Of a stretch of DNA of 64,000 nucleotides, positions 1 through 11,600 are shown piece by piece; the stretch's first letter is position 1, and each line of letters opens with the position of its first letter. A model generated the notes under the pieces. That model saw only the letters and a program-made list of their open reading frames with translations, was not told where the DNA came from and made no database searches. The position numbers and the translations under genes are program-made. This DNA comes from Chlorokybus atmophyticus. Lineage: Eukaryota > Plantae > Mesostigma and Chlorokybus algae. The stretch lies in NCBI GenBank assembly GCA_009103225.1, contig RHPI01003587.1, positions 124,001 to 188,000 of the forward strand. The letters run 5' to 3'.

Positions 1-715
1 CCGTTAAAAGCGTCGCAACTCCTTTACCTTGCTGGTGGTCTGGGGCGAGAAGGTACGCCGCAGTGCCGCGCACAAGTCCTTGAGAGGAGAGTCCGACATG
101 ATAGCATCAACGATGATAGCTGGTGCGCGCAACGCCATCGAGCCAAGTGTAAAGAGGCTGATCCCTGCCGGAGTATGCGAGCCCGGTGTTGGCAGTACTG
201 GTGTCCACGTTTCTAAGGCTGCAGCTTATTGTTCAGCTTGCTGAGCTTTGATAACGGCAGCGGTGCGGTTGAGCACTCAGGTCTGTCGGTCGGGCTTCTT
301 GACCTCGACCTCTGCAGGTGTTAGCGAGGCAACAATCAGCTCGGCTTTTTTGTCCTCTGCTTGTTGCATGGCCAAGGCTAACGCCCGCCAAGGGACTAGG
401 TTTTGAGGGACCACTGCCGCTGAGGCGGCAGCTGCTGGTCTATACGTCGGCAAGTGCTATGGTGCTGGCAAGCTCGCCATAGCCATTGACTGAGTGCAGC
501 TCAGCAATGGACTTTCGCACATCGTGTGCCTCATCAAGGTACTGCCGCAGGCGCGGCGCCATGATATAGAATGACACCTCATCTGACCAATCCCTGTTCT
601 TCAGGGCTTGCTGCTGCCGCATCTTGGAGTGGAACTTGATGATGAACTCATCAAATGATGTGGTGCTCGCATGTCCGGAGAAGCGCAGGGAGTTGATTAA
701 GCTGGAAGGCTCCAT
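1..715 (-). pseudogene. Degenerate gag-like retroelement ORF remnant, runs off the window
   Basis: ORF 440-715 (LRFSGHASTTSFDEFIIKF...) resembles a gag N-terminus and continues with stops towards base 1. A PBS-like TGGTGCGCACAAG lies on the minus strand at ~993-1005, next to a TCACA end. No pol domain is visible. Confidence 0.3.
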
Positions 716-1986
716 TTTTTCTTTGTCACTGTCCGAAAGAGGTGGAGAAGCTTGATGGCAAGCAGTGAAGTGGGAGGAGGTGAAGCCGGAACGGGGCGCG
801 AGCCTCTGCTGCTACGGCAACTGCTTCCTTCACTTCCTCGTTCGTAGGTGAGGTTGGAGGTCAAGCTCGTCTATTGGCGAAAACGGGGTGGGCCTGCTCA
901 TACAGCTGATGCGAAGGTGAAAGTGTATAAAGGGTAGAGTGTTTGTGCTCTACACGGTTATCTCAATGCTGCTACCATTCACCGCACTAGTACTTGTGCG
1001 CACCATGTGATGTTAGTGATAATGATGCACGCGGATGTATCTAATTGCAAGCTGCACATCCGGTGTGCAGGATGCAACCACACTCACTTTAGCAATGAGG
1101 GTGACATTGTGAGTCAACAAGCCACTACTATAGGCAGTGCTGTTTACACAGTTCTTTGCATGAATGGAAAACGTGTTACACTGTTAAGTCAGGTGAATGA
1201 GCAAGCAACATGTGGATGCTATGCCCTGACTGATGCCAACAAGCACACCGCGACCAAGCGCACAAAGCTCACAGCAACGACAAGCACGGTGCACACGAGC
1301 ATGCACAGACTCTTACACGGTGAGGAGATTCTTGGTGACTATGACGGCGTAATCGTAGTTCAAGTCGCTTCACAAGCTCCTAGCTTCCTCACTCACGGTG
1401 TCACCAGCTAATCCGGTGAACACCGCGACTACTCTTACAAGTCAAATCACGACTGTTCCGAACACAAGCTAACGGTCATATCGGAACTATACCCACAAAA
1501 AACTCCCCAGCGATATAGAACATAGTGTGTAACCAAATGCACAACTGAAACACCTACGCGCGTTGCCTATGTAGGCAACGGTCATCAGGTGGTCGAAGTT
1601 CATGATCTAGCTACTGGTCAGTGACGCGCGGGTTGGTATGCTGATAGCCCGGGCGAGGGTCTTGATGTAAGCATGCCCGATGCAGGCTGGCACACGAGGA
1701 CAATGGGCATGACAGCCCTCACCTGGAGGGGGAGGAGGGCCCCTTTAACAGTTAAGCCAAGCACCCCAATCTCATAGCGAGACAGCACCAGATTGAATGG
1801 CAGACCTATTCTGGCTTAGCCTTAATTACTCCTCTACTATTGCCTTCCCACTTGGCCACACGCTTACTCAACGGCCTCCGGCTTTGATTAGCATGTGCTG
1901 ACGCAATCAAATCTCTTAGCTACATAAGTGTACATATACATGTTATCTCAATAATTGAATGGCTTCTTTGATGCAAAGCTGTTAGT

Positions 1987-1988
<2 letters not shown>

Positions 1989-2034
<46 letters not shown>
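1989..2034. repeat. Compound microsatellite (AC)n(AT)n
   Basis: Read directly from the sequence. Confidence 0.95.
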
Positions 2035-2036
2035 GT

Positions 2037-2283
2037 ACATATATAAATTGTATGCATGTATTGAAATGCACGCATATAATAATTGTAGAGTTATGTATAT
2101 ATAACAAACTATACACATACTATGTGCGCTTTATATGAACATGTTCCGCACACAATCAGACATACTTATATATACACATATATAAATTGTATGCATGTAT
2201 TTTAATGCATGCATATAACAAGGTTATGTATATATAACAAACATACTATGTGCGCTTTATATGAACATGTTCCGCACACAACA
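2037..2283. repeat. Imperfect tandem duplication, ~120-140 bp unit, AT-rich
   Basis: acatatataaattgtatgcatgtatt...catactatgtgcgctttatatgaacatgttccgcacaca occurs at ~2037-2151 and ~2176-2280. Confidence 0.85.
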
Positions 2284-3593
2284 TGACAGATGGCTTTAAG
2301 AGTACACGAACACTCTGCACCACCGCACACATAGATTAAAAATGATGCACGGTGCCCAACCCGTTATTCGTAGTCATCAAAGCAGCTACCCGTTGAGCAA
2401 CCCGTGACCGACTGTTGGAATGATGTTGTCGACCAGCCTTTCTAGGCACGACGTTCGCGACGCAACGAACGCTTGTCAACAAACGTGCGCTCCAGTCAGA
2501 CTGGACCCCAGTCAACCGGCCGCCGGCTCTTTAGGGGGCCACCGCTAGCCGGTGTAGGCGACCGCGAAGAAACCCCGCCAACCCACCGACGCGGCCGCGA
2601 GGCAGCGGCGTTGCTTGCCGAGTTTCCGGCCACTTGGCGCCCGCCGGTCACTTCGCATCCGCGCGCGTCTCTGTCCGGGTTTCTGGATTTCCCGACCGGT
2701 TTCGGCCGGGGCGTTAGTCAATGTATGTGGCGCATACACACCGCTTGACGTTGAAGGACCATGAATGGTCCGTGCCTTGGGGCCGGGATTTTGCCCTGCT
2801 TAGTGAAATCGGTTGCTCATGGATGGTCCGGCTGTCTCTGACAGTCGGACCGTGCATGGTCCAAACCTCACGTGAACGGTCCTAGACTTTTTTGAGGTCG
2901 CACCATGTTTGGTCCGGCCGGTTTCCGGTCGCATCAGGACCAGGTAAGAGCCAGCCAGCGGACCAGGGACTTAATCATGAATATGTACTGACAACAATCA
3001 TTACTGGTCCGGCCAGCGGACCATCGACCGCAATGTTTAAAATCATCAGATGCAAATGCACATTGATAGCGGTGCAACCTTTTTGAGTCTGGCGAATGGT
3101 GCATGGTCGCGGGTGCAACTGGCGAAAGCTGGCGAAACCCTGGCGAATGCTCCAGCAAGCTGTACACGCTAAACACAGTCGTGTGCAAGGAAAATGGTGC
3201 TGTATTGTGCTTAATACAACTCTATACAAGCGTGCTACATGACATACAACACATATTACTTGCTTTTAGGCCATCAAAGTTCAGTACATGCGCGTGCGCA
3301 TGCGCATGCGCGTGCGCGTGCGTGTGTGCAAGGGGTATGGAGTTGTATTGTGCTTGATGCAACTCTATGCAAGTATAGTACATATGTATGACACACAACA
3401 CGTTGCTGGCTTGTATGCCACTTGAACTCACAACATGCGCGTGCATATGCACGCGTGCACGTGTTCGTGCTGGGTGGGTAAGTGGCACTCACTGAGTGCT
3501 TTTGTGCGCGTGCTTGCTGCATGAAGTGCAACCGTACTTGTGTCATACATAGCACAAAGGTAACTTCAACTACTCTCTCACTCTCTCTCTCTC

Positions 3594-3688
<95 letters not shown>

Positions 3689-3689
3689 N

Positions 3690-4696
3690 AAGAGTTATAC
3701 ATCTGCCTAAACATGTGCTGCTGATGGAAGGCTTGAGCATTATTGCGCAACTCTGGTGGAGTGGCAGAGACGTGTGTTGTTGTGAAACTTTGCTGACTGG
3801 CCATGTTGTGTTGGGAATGCGGCTGAGCGTTGATGTTGGTATGAGCCAGCATGTGCTCATTGAGGAGGTTGTTGATGTCGAAGTGGTTGTCCGCAAATGA
3901 CCCCAATCCGAGAGCGGGGGGTGCAGGCCCGACCATTACGGGAACGTAGGATCGGGAAAGAGTATGGTGTTGTAAGTTGAAGCCCCCTAACACGTCATCC
4001 ACATTGGCCTCGGGCGCAGTCATGTAATCAACGTTGTTGGCAACCTTAAACAAACCCTCCAATGCTGCATCAAGCTCATCTGGCTCTGCCTCCTCTTCAT
4101 CAATGACTGCGTCAAGCTCCCAGCTGGCCTCATCATCGGTGTTGTCAAGCTCATTGCTGGCTGGCCTGCAAGGGACAAGCGAGTCAACTCACATGCTTAA
4201 TAATGCAAAGTATGATAGATGATAGCAATGCCAATGCTAAGAAGAGTGTTTACCGCTTTGGTGAAGAGGTGTAATGCAATCCGATTGCCGTCATCATGCC
4301 GACGGTGGTAGCCAGCAAACGATTGCGCCTGTTTGAATGGAACCAGCCCATCAATGAGAAGGTGCGCTCCGGTGCAGCAGCATGCGGCACAATGTCCAGC
4401 AAGAGGACTGCTAGGTTGACAAGCTCCTTGGAATTTGGTCCGCACACAACAAGCCACCAAGCCTTCACATTAAAACCTTCCCCTCCAACTGGCAGATTGA
4501 AGGGCGACATGGACACCTTGTAGAGCTGCATTTGCACTAGCAAACGCTGGCACTCAGTTGCGCTGTGCCCCCTTTTCTTCATCAGTTGTGCAGCCTGCCA
4601 AACCAATGTCAAACACTGACAAGTGCTGCCACTGTTTGCATGCCAGCATAACTTACCTCATGCATCAACATCTGCCACTTGTCGGAGTCGTCAGCA
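3690..4696 (-). pseudogene. hAT-1 transposase, C-terminal part (dimerisation domain plus acidic, Q/H-rich tail)
   Basis: WWLVVCGPNSKELVNLAVLLLDIVPHAAAPERTFSLMGWFHSNRRNRL is the hAT dimerisation motif containing the catalytic E. Confidence 0.8.
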
Positions 4697-5769
4697 GCCC
4701 TGCGACTCGCGGCTGGCAAAATGAGGAAAGGCCGAATTTGAGGCCGAAAAACCCCCAAAAAAACAATTGCAAAAGCTAGCCGCAACCGGCCAACACCGGT
4801 CGGCGGCTTGAAAAGGCCAACTGCAGCCTTTTTGAGGTTGCCAATGCAGCGGCACTGGTCAGCGGCGGCGGCAGCGGCGGGAGCGGCAGCCGAGGTACGA
4901 CGGCGGCGACGTCAGTGGAGACAGGCGCGGGCTGTGGCAGCACGCCCTGCCATTGCCATCATCACGCCATCTGCCGGCAGCGGCTCGCAGCAGCAGCTGC
5001 GGCCTGCAGGTATGCTGGTCGCACTGCAGTGTGGCAGTGACTGGCAGTCACTGCCAAGCCAGGCTTGCTCAGTGTTAAGGTGTGTGTGCGACGTTGCTGG
5101 GGGCGGCATGATGTGACTGGGGACGTGGGTAGGCAGGGGCGGCACTGTGGATGCCGCAGGTGTGCCATACCCAGTCAGTTGTCACAGTCAAGAGTTGCTC
5201 CAGTGGCATCGATAGCAGAGACTGACTGCACAGCTAACTGCACAGCCAAAAGTCATCAATTAAGCCCTAAAAAAGGACTCAATAAGGCTTATTGTTGCAG
5301 CATGGCGCCCACAAAATTCAACAACCGGCTAGAGTATCCACCTTGACTACCGGAGAGGCTGCATGACACCATCCCTCGTCACAAGCAGTCTGGCAACACA
5401 CATGAGCGTGCAACTTGGGTGAATGGATGGCGTCAAGCTTGTGGCCTTGCTGTTGTCTATCCGCGCATGACAACAAAGGTGGACAAGGCGTCCTACCCAT
5501 CACCACCAGCACCGGGGCAAACGCCCTTCTTCTGGGATGAACAGCAGAAGAAAGTGACACGCGAATCACCAGAATTCACTTATCAGCTTGACAACAGCCC
5601 CGCTAAGCTGGTACGCTCTCAAGCAAGTAGATTGAGTGGCAAACGCAAGCAAAAGCTACAACAATTTATGGGCTTTGAGTTTGTGAAGCGTCCAACTACA
5701 GTTATGGGAGGCAAACTTGTGCGTACTCGACAGCTGTGCATTGATGCATCTGTGTCTGCACCTCAACCT
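4697..5769 (+). repeat. Left arm of 1073-bp inverted repeat
   Basis: Reverse complement of 7463-8535 apart from a few substitutions (e.g. KRPTT vs KRPAT, MAMAG vs MAVAG in the mirrored ORFs). Confidence 0.95.
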
Positions 5770-6486
5770 GCTGCTACAGGAATTCATGAGAGCAACCCAC
5801 TGGCATTGGCTAATCTGCTACCATCACAATACAGTGAAGATGAGTCAGGATTAGCTCAGGGTGTGCGCAACGCTGTGGATGAGATGTTGGCCGCAAGCAG
5901 TGAGGAAGCTGAAGTACAGCAACCCGTTATGAATTGGCAACAATGTGGCTATTATTGCACAATTTCCACAGAAAACGCTTTATTACAGCCTATTTTGGCT
6001 GATAATAATGTGGTTTTGGGTCAGGTGCCCACCCGGCAAGTGAGCGTGCCAGCAGCCCCGAAGCCTGTTCAAGTAACAGGGTCCACCAGGTCTCCCTCCC
6101 AAGACCCCTTGGACTATGAAGACAATACGAGCTCTGTCGCCGGAGCGGCAGTGCAAACGGGCGTCGACGCGGCAGGCACCGTCGACCAGGCAGTGCCAAC
6201 GGCGTCAGTCGGCGTGGAAGTAGCTGCGGAAGCTGCTACGAAAGTTGTTCAGGGTGTTATTACGGAAGTTGCAAAGGAAGCTTCCATTCCACAAAGGAAA
6301 GTTTTTGCGGAAGCTTTTAAGGAGGTTCCTGTAATCATGTTGGAAGTTATTACGAAAGTTCCGACAGGCGGCAGGAATGTTGGCGTTAGCCAGGAGGCCA
6401 GGGACGGCGTGGCCAAGGGGGTCGGCAAGGGTATGGAAAATGACGACGTGGTGATGGTGGACTCGACGGCGAACACACTTTCTTAA
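5467..6486 (+). CDS. Unknown ORF (340 aa from ATG 5467) starting inside the IR arm; probably an extra ORF of the Gypsy 3' region
   Basis: Long open frame (ORF track 5419-6486) with V/A/E/K-rich repeats near the C-terminus and no recognisable domain. Confidence 0.4.
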   Translation: MTTKVDKASYPSPPAPGQTPFFWDEQQKKVTRESPEFTYQLDNSPAKLVRSQASRLSGKRKQKLQQFMGFEFVKRPTTVMGGKLVRTRQLCIDASVSAPQPAATGIHESNPLALANLLPSQYSEDESGLAQGVRNAVDEMLAASSEEAEVQQPVMNWQQCGYYCTISTENALLQPILADNNVVLGQVPTRQVSVPAAPKPVQVTGSTRSPSQDPLDYEDNTSSVAGAAVQTGVDAAGTVDQAVPTASVGVEVAAEAATKVVQGVITEVAKEASIPQRKVFAEAFKEVPVIMLEVITKVPTGGRNVGVSQEARDGVAKGVGKGMENDDVVMVDSTANTLS

Positions 6487-6489
6487 GTT

Positions 6490-7450
6490 CAGTCGAATCA
6501 CGCGCATTGGAAAGGTCTCAAACACGCCCAAACCCTACCAGCAGTCCCCGGAGGCACCCACGGAGATGGAGAAGATGTTCGCGGCCTTGAAGCAATACAT
6601 TGATACACGGCTACCAGTCCCTACCAAGGAAGGACCTGAATTGCCTTAGGTCGGGACTGCTGCTCACAAAGATCATCTTCCCCGGGCTGAACCCATTCGC
6701 AAGGATCGCAGGGATCACAAGGGTCAAGTGGATCGCAAGGATCTTACAGCTCACAAGGATCGGCCGCGCTCACCCCAGCCAGCTCGATCGCGCTCACCAA
6801 CTCGGCATCGCTCAAGGGACCGCGGTCGCGAGCGTTCGCCGCGTAGGTACTCGCCACGTGGGCAGTACACGGTGCCGCGCGACAGGTCGCCGTGCCGTAT
6901 CAGGTCGCCAATCAGGGCTCGTATGCCGCGACACCACGGCAAGTCGCCTGTGCGCGTTCCCGTACGTGACGTGGCGGCTCCATCGTGCGTGGTAGAATTG
7001 GGGCCAACGGCGGTAATAAATCCATTCGAGTCCGGGGTCATGAACCAATATGGCTCCAACCAGGGCCTCATGCAGACCCAGAGAGCAGTCACAGGCGCTG
7101 CAAAATCAATTGGGCCAATTGTGGTGGACGTGCGGGGCATGAAAACCTGTATCAACAGCAAGAGTGGGTTCTTCCCTACCTCCGTACACCTGCCAGCAGA
7201 CGAGAAATACCAATATTATGCACTGCACGCCGCGACCATGCCGGGAAACCCGGAAGGAGTGCTGATCGCGCTGTTGCCAGGACCCCTCAATGTGCAACCT
7301 CAGGCTCCTACTGCAATGTTTGCTGGGTTTACTGGATTCCCTGGATTTATGTGCCTCAGCAAAACCCAGGTGGGTTTTTGTGTTGGTGGGGAGGGGCTTC
7401 TCACAGCTGTGGGTACCAGACGGGTGCCCGGCAGCGAGACAGTGACCAGG
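6490..7450 (+). pseudogene. Degenerate RS/RSP-rich ORF of unknown function
   Basis: ORF 6728-7576 (RSRSPTRHRSRDRGRERSPRRYSPR) extends upstream in frame through a single TAG at 6647-6649. Confidence 0.4.
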
Positions 7451-7451
7451 C
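7408..7451 (+). repeat. 44-bp copy of the start of the Gypsy-1 LTR, preceded by a purine tract
   Basis: TGTGGGTACCAGACGGGTGCCCGGCAGCGAGACAGTGACCAGGC is the reverse complement of 14559-14602. GGTGGGGAGGGG (PPT-like) lies ~11 nt upstream. Confidence 0.9.
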
Positions 7452-7462
7452 GGTTGAGGTTG

Positions 7463-8535
7463 AGGTTGAGGTGCAGACACAGATGCATCAATGCACAGCT
7501 GTCGAGTACGCACAAGTTTGCCTCCCATAACTGTAGCTGGACGCTTCACAAACTCAAAGCCCATAAATTGTTGTAGCTTTTGCTTGCGTTTGCCACTCAA
7601 TCTACTTGCTTGAGAGCGTACCAGCTTAGCGGGGCTGTTGTCAAGCTGATAAGTGAATTCTGGTGATTCGCGTGTCACTTTCTTCTGCTGTTCATCCCAG
7701 AAGAAGGGCGTTTGCCCCGGTGCTGGTGGTGATGGGTAGGACGCCTTGTCCACCTTTGTTGTCATGCGCGGATAGACAACAGCAAGGCCACAAGCTTGAC
7801 GCCATCCATTCACCCAAGTTGCACGCTCATGTGTGTTGCCAGACTGCTTGTGACGAGGGATGGTGTCATGCAGCCTCTCCGGTAGTCAAGGTGGATACTC
7901 TAGCCGGTTGTTGAATTTTGTGGGCGCCATGCTGCAACAATAAGCCTTATTGAGTCCTTTTTTAGGGCTTAATTGATGACTTTTGGCTGTGCAGTTAGCT
8001 GTGCAGTCAGTCTCTGCTATCGATGCCACTGGAGCAACTCTTGACTGTGACAACTGACTGGGTATGGCACACCTGCGGCATCCACAGTGCCGCCCCTGCC
8101 TACCCACGTCCCCAGTCACATCATGCCGCCCCCAGCAACGTCGCACACACACCTTAACACTGAGCAAGCCTGGCTTGGCAGTGACTGCCAGTCACTGCCA
8201 CACTGCAGTGCGACCAGCATACCTGCAGGCCGCAGCTGCTGCTGCGAGCCGCTGCCGGCAGATGGCGTGATGATGGCAGTGGCAGGGCGTGCTGCCACAG
8301 CCCGCGCCTGTCTCCACTGACGTCGCCGCCGTCGTACCTCGGCTGCCGCTCCCGCCGCTGCCGCCGCCGCTGCCCAGTGCCGCTGCATTGGCAACCTCAA
8401 AAAGGCTGCAGTTGGCCTTTTCAAGCCGCCGACCGGTGTTGGCCGGTTGCGGCCAGCTTTTGCAATTTTTTTTTTTGGGGTTTTTCGGCCTTAAATTCGG
8501 CCTTTCCTCATTTTGCCAGCCGCGAGTCGCAGGGC
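7463..8535 (-). repeat. Right arm of 1073-bp inverted repeat, contiguous with the Gypsy-1 post-integrase region
   Basis: Mirror of 4697-5769. It begins 80 bp after the integrase stop at 8616. Confidence 0.95.
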
Positions 8536-8615
8536 CGTCGATGTTATCCGACGGTCACCATAAGTTCGCGCGGCTTGCGAATCATGGCGCCGCGGAAGGC
8601 CCTTCCTAGGCCTTT

Positions 8616-11600
8616 CTAGGCCCTGTTTGCAGCGTCAGCTGCGCCCCTAACTTTAAAGGGGGTAATTCTCTCCACATTCACTATTTCTTGCTTCAAAGAA
8701 GTTATGTGCTCAACCAGAATAGTTGTTTTGGCCGTGTTGCATATCTCTTTGATCACGTAACCTCCTTTCCAATTGCCAGCAGCCCCTGCTGCTCTGGGAC
8801 CGGTTCTCAGCATCACAGTTTGCCCAACCTGCAACCACGCTAGTTGAGTTGGGTCAAGTGGTTGCTTCCTTTTTGCAAAGTCCTCAATTTGCTTCTGCTG
8901 AGCTTGCCCAATATTCACCAGAGCTCCATCATAAAGCCTGCTCACAGATTCTTGGCGTTTCAGCAGCAATGCAGCTAAGTCCGCCTCTCCCATTGTGGCA
9001 TAATCCAACTCCTCTATCTCTGAGTTGCTGACCACATTATCAAGCTGAAGCTTAGGGTCTCTGTGATACACCATCTTGAACGGTGTCACGCGAGTGCTGC
9101 GTTGCTTGGTTACACGGTAGGTGAACAGCACTTGTTGCAAATTCTGCTCCCACCGATTTCCCACCATGCTTTTGAACAATGCCAACTTCACTGTCCCATT
9201 TATTCTCTCAACCAACCCATTTGTTTGCGGGTGGTAAGCGCCTGAGTTGACGTTCTCAATATTGTAGCGTGACAGCAAGTCTTGCACTTCACTGTTGAGA
9301 AACTCTTTCCCATTGTCACTCTGAATGATAGTGGGAACACCATGACGGCAGATGATGTCCTCAAGCAGAAACTGGCGCACATGAATGCCCTCCTTTAAAG
9401 GAATTGCCTTTGCCTCGACCCATTTAGTGAGGTAATCAATGGCCATGACAATGTACTTGTTGCCCTTTACTGTCTCAGGCAATGGTCCAATCAAATCAAT
9501 TCCCACTCTGTGAAAGGCTTCCCCAGTTTCTTTGATTGGATGCAAGGGAGCAGGCTCACGGGATGTACGCCGGTGCTCTTGGCAACTCTTGCAAGANCCT
9601 CCTGAGTTATCCCATACCAGAAGAATCGAGGGCGCAACATTTCAAGCACCTTGCCAGCACTTGGGTGATGCATGTTGTCGTGATGCATCTGGATAATACC
9701 ACGCCTCAGACTCTTAGGTGGAACTCTGCGAGTCACCATCTGTGGCTGATCATCCCCATCATAAGTGCTTCTCCCCTTCTTGTTGCCAGGCCTGGTTCAG
9801 ACCTCACTGCCTTTCATTGCAAAACCTTTGGCTCGCTTGCGTACTCGCCTTCTTTCTTGCTTTGACAGTGCTTTGATGCTGGATGGGTCCTTCAAGTATG
9901 TGAGCAACACCTGATCATCCATCACATCTTCAATGGGCTTGCCAGCTGAAAGTTTTGATGGGGGTAAAATTTGCGCTTCAACTGGAGCCTCCACTATGTT
10001 TGATGGGGGTAAAATTTGCGCTTCAACTGGAGCCTCCACTATGTCCTCCCCTTCAACATCGTGGCTCACCTGAGCCACAAGGCTTGGCATAGTGTCTGAC
10101 TCAGCAACGTCCTCCCCCTCAGTGCATGTCTCAAGTGCCTCCTCTTGTGCCTCATTGCCGAGGTCAAGCTCATCAGAAGACATCCCCCCCACACGCACTA
10201 CCTCTTCTTCAGCAGTGTACAAGTCCGGAGGATTGCGGCTCAGCGCATCCACATGGTCGTGGTTCTTGCCAGGCTCATACTCCACCACAAAGTCATACTC
10301 CTGCAGCTTGAGTGACCATCTGGTGAGCTTGCCCGTAGGATCAGCTGTATTCATCAACCATTTTAGAGGGCGATGATCCGTCACCACCGTGAAGGTAGTA
10401 CCATGCAGGTAGTGCCTCCACATCTCCACACTCCACACGATAGCGAGGCACTCTTTTTCAGTTACACTGTAGTTTCGCTCAGCCTTGTTGAGCATCCGGC
10501 TGGCATAAGCTACAACATACTCCTTGTTGTCCACACGCTGTGACAATATAGCTCCCAAGGCATCTGAGGCATCCGTCATCACCACAAAAGGCATATCCAG
10601 ATCTGGCCTCCTCAATACTGGAGCAGTGGTCAACGCGTGTTTCAGCTCATCAAACGCTTGCTGCTGCTCTCCCCCCCACACAAATGGCACCACACTGGAC
10701 GTCAACTCAGTGAGTGGTTGTGCTTTCTTGCTGAAGTTCTCCACAAACCTTCTGTAGTATGAAGCTAACCCCAAGAATGAGCGCACACGTGTTTGTGTAG
10801 TTGGCACAGGGAACTCATGTACTGCCTTCAGCTTGCTGGCTTGTGGTTTCACCCCATTTTCCATTAGGTCATGTCCCAACATGTCAACCTCATACATGCC
10901 AAACTTGCACTTCTCGAGTGCCGCCACAAGCTGTGCGTCACGCAGGGCTTGCATCACCAAGTTCAAATGCTGAATGTGTTCCTCAAAGGTGTTGGAGTAC
11001 ACAATGATGTCGTCAAAGAACACCAGCACGAATTTGTTGCTGTACTTGTTCAACACTTGCGTCATCAGCCTTTGGAACGTCGCTGGTGCATTGGTGAGAC
11101 CGAAGGGCATGGTGTTGAATACATACAATCCTGTCTTGGCCACAAAAGCTGTCTTCTCACGGTCGCGAGGCTCCACCCACACTTGATGGTAAGCAGACAG
11201 CAAGTCCAACTTGCTGAAGTACTTGGCTTTGCCCACACTGTCCAAAATGTCGTCACACCTTGGCACAGGAAACCTATCTTTCTTTGTGACCTCATTCAGC
11301 TTGCGGTAGTCTATGCAAAGCCGCCAGCCGCGGCCGTTAGGCTTGGGCACCATCACAATTGGTGAAGACCATGGGCTTGATGAAGGGCTCACAATGCCAG
11401 CCTGCAGCATGTGTTCAACTTCTTCTTCAATCTGCTGATCCTCAGCACGTGAAGTGCGGTATGGCTTTTGCACAATGGGGCGAGCATCTCCAGTATCAAT
11501 CGCATGTGCCACCATGTTAGTGCCAGGCACTTTCTCTCCCAACACAAACTCTTGCTTGGTAGCAAAGAGATCATCAAACTTGCTCAGCAACTCCACCACC

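Noticed and set aside
3595-3689. Poly-C run giving poly-Pro/poly-Gly ORFs
   Set aside because: About 94 C ending in an N; typical sequencing or gap artefact, not coding.
9590-9605. Apparent frameshift in Gypsy-1 integrase
   Set aside because: It coincides with an N, and ~16 nt are missing relative to copy 2. Likely an assembly gap, so the continuity of copy 1 is itself uncertain.
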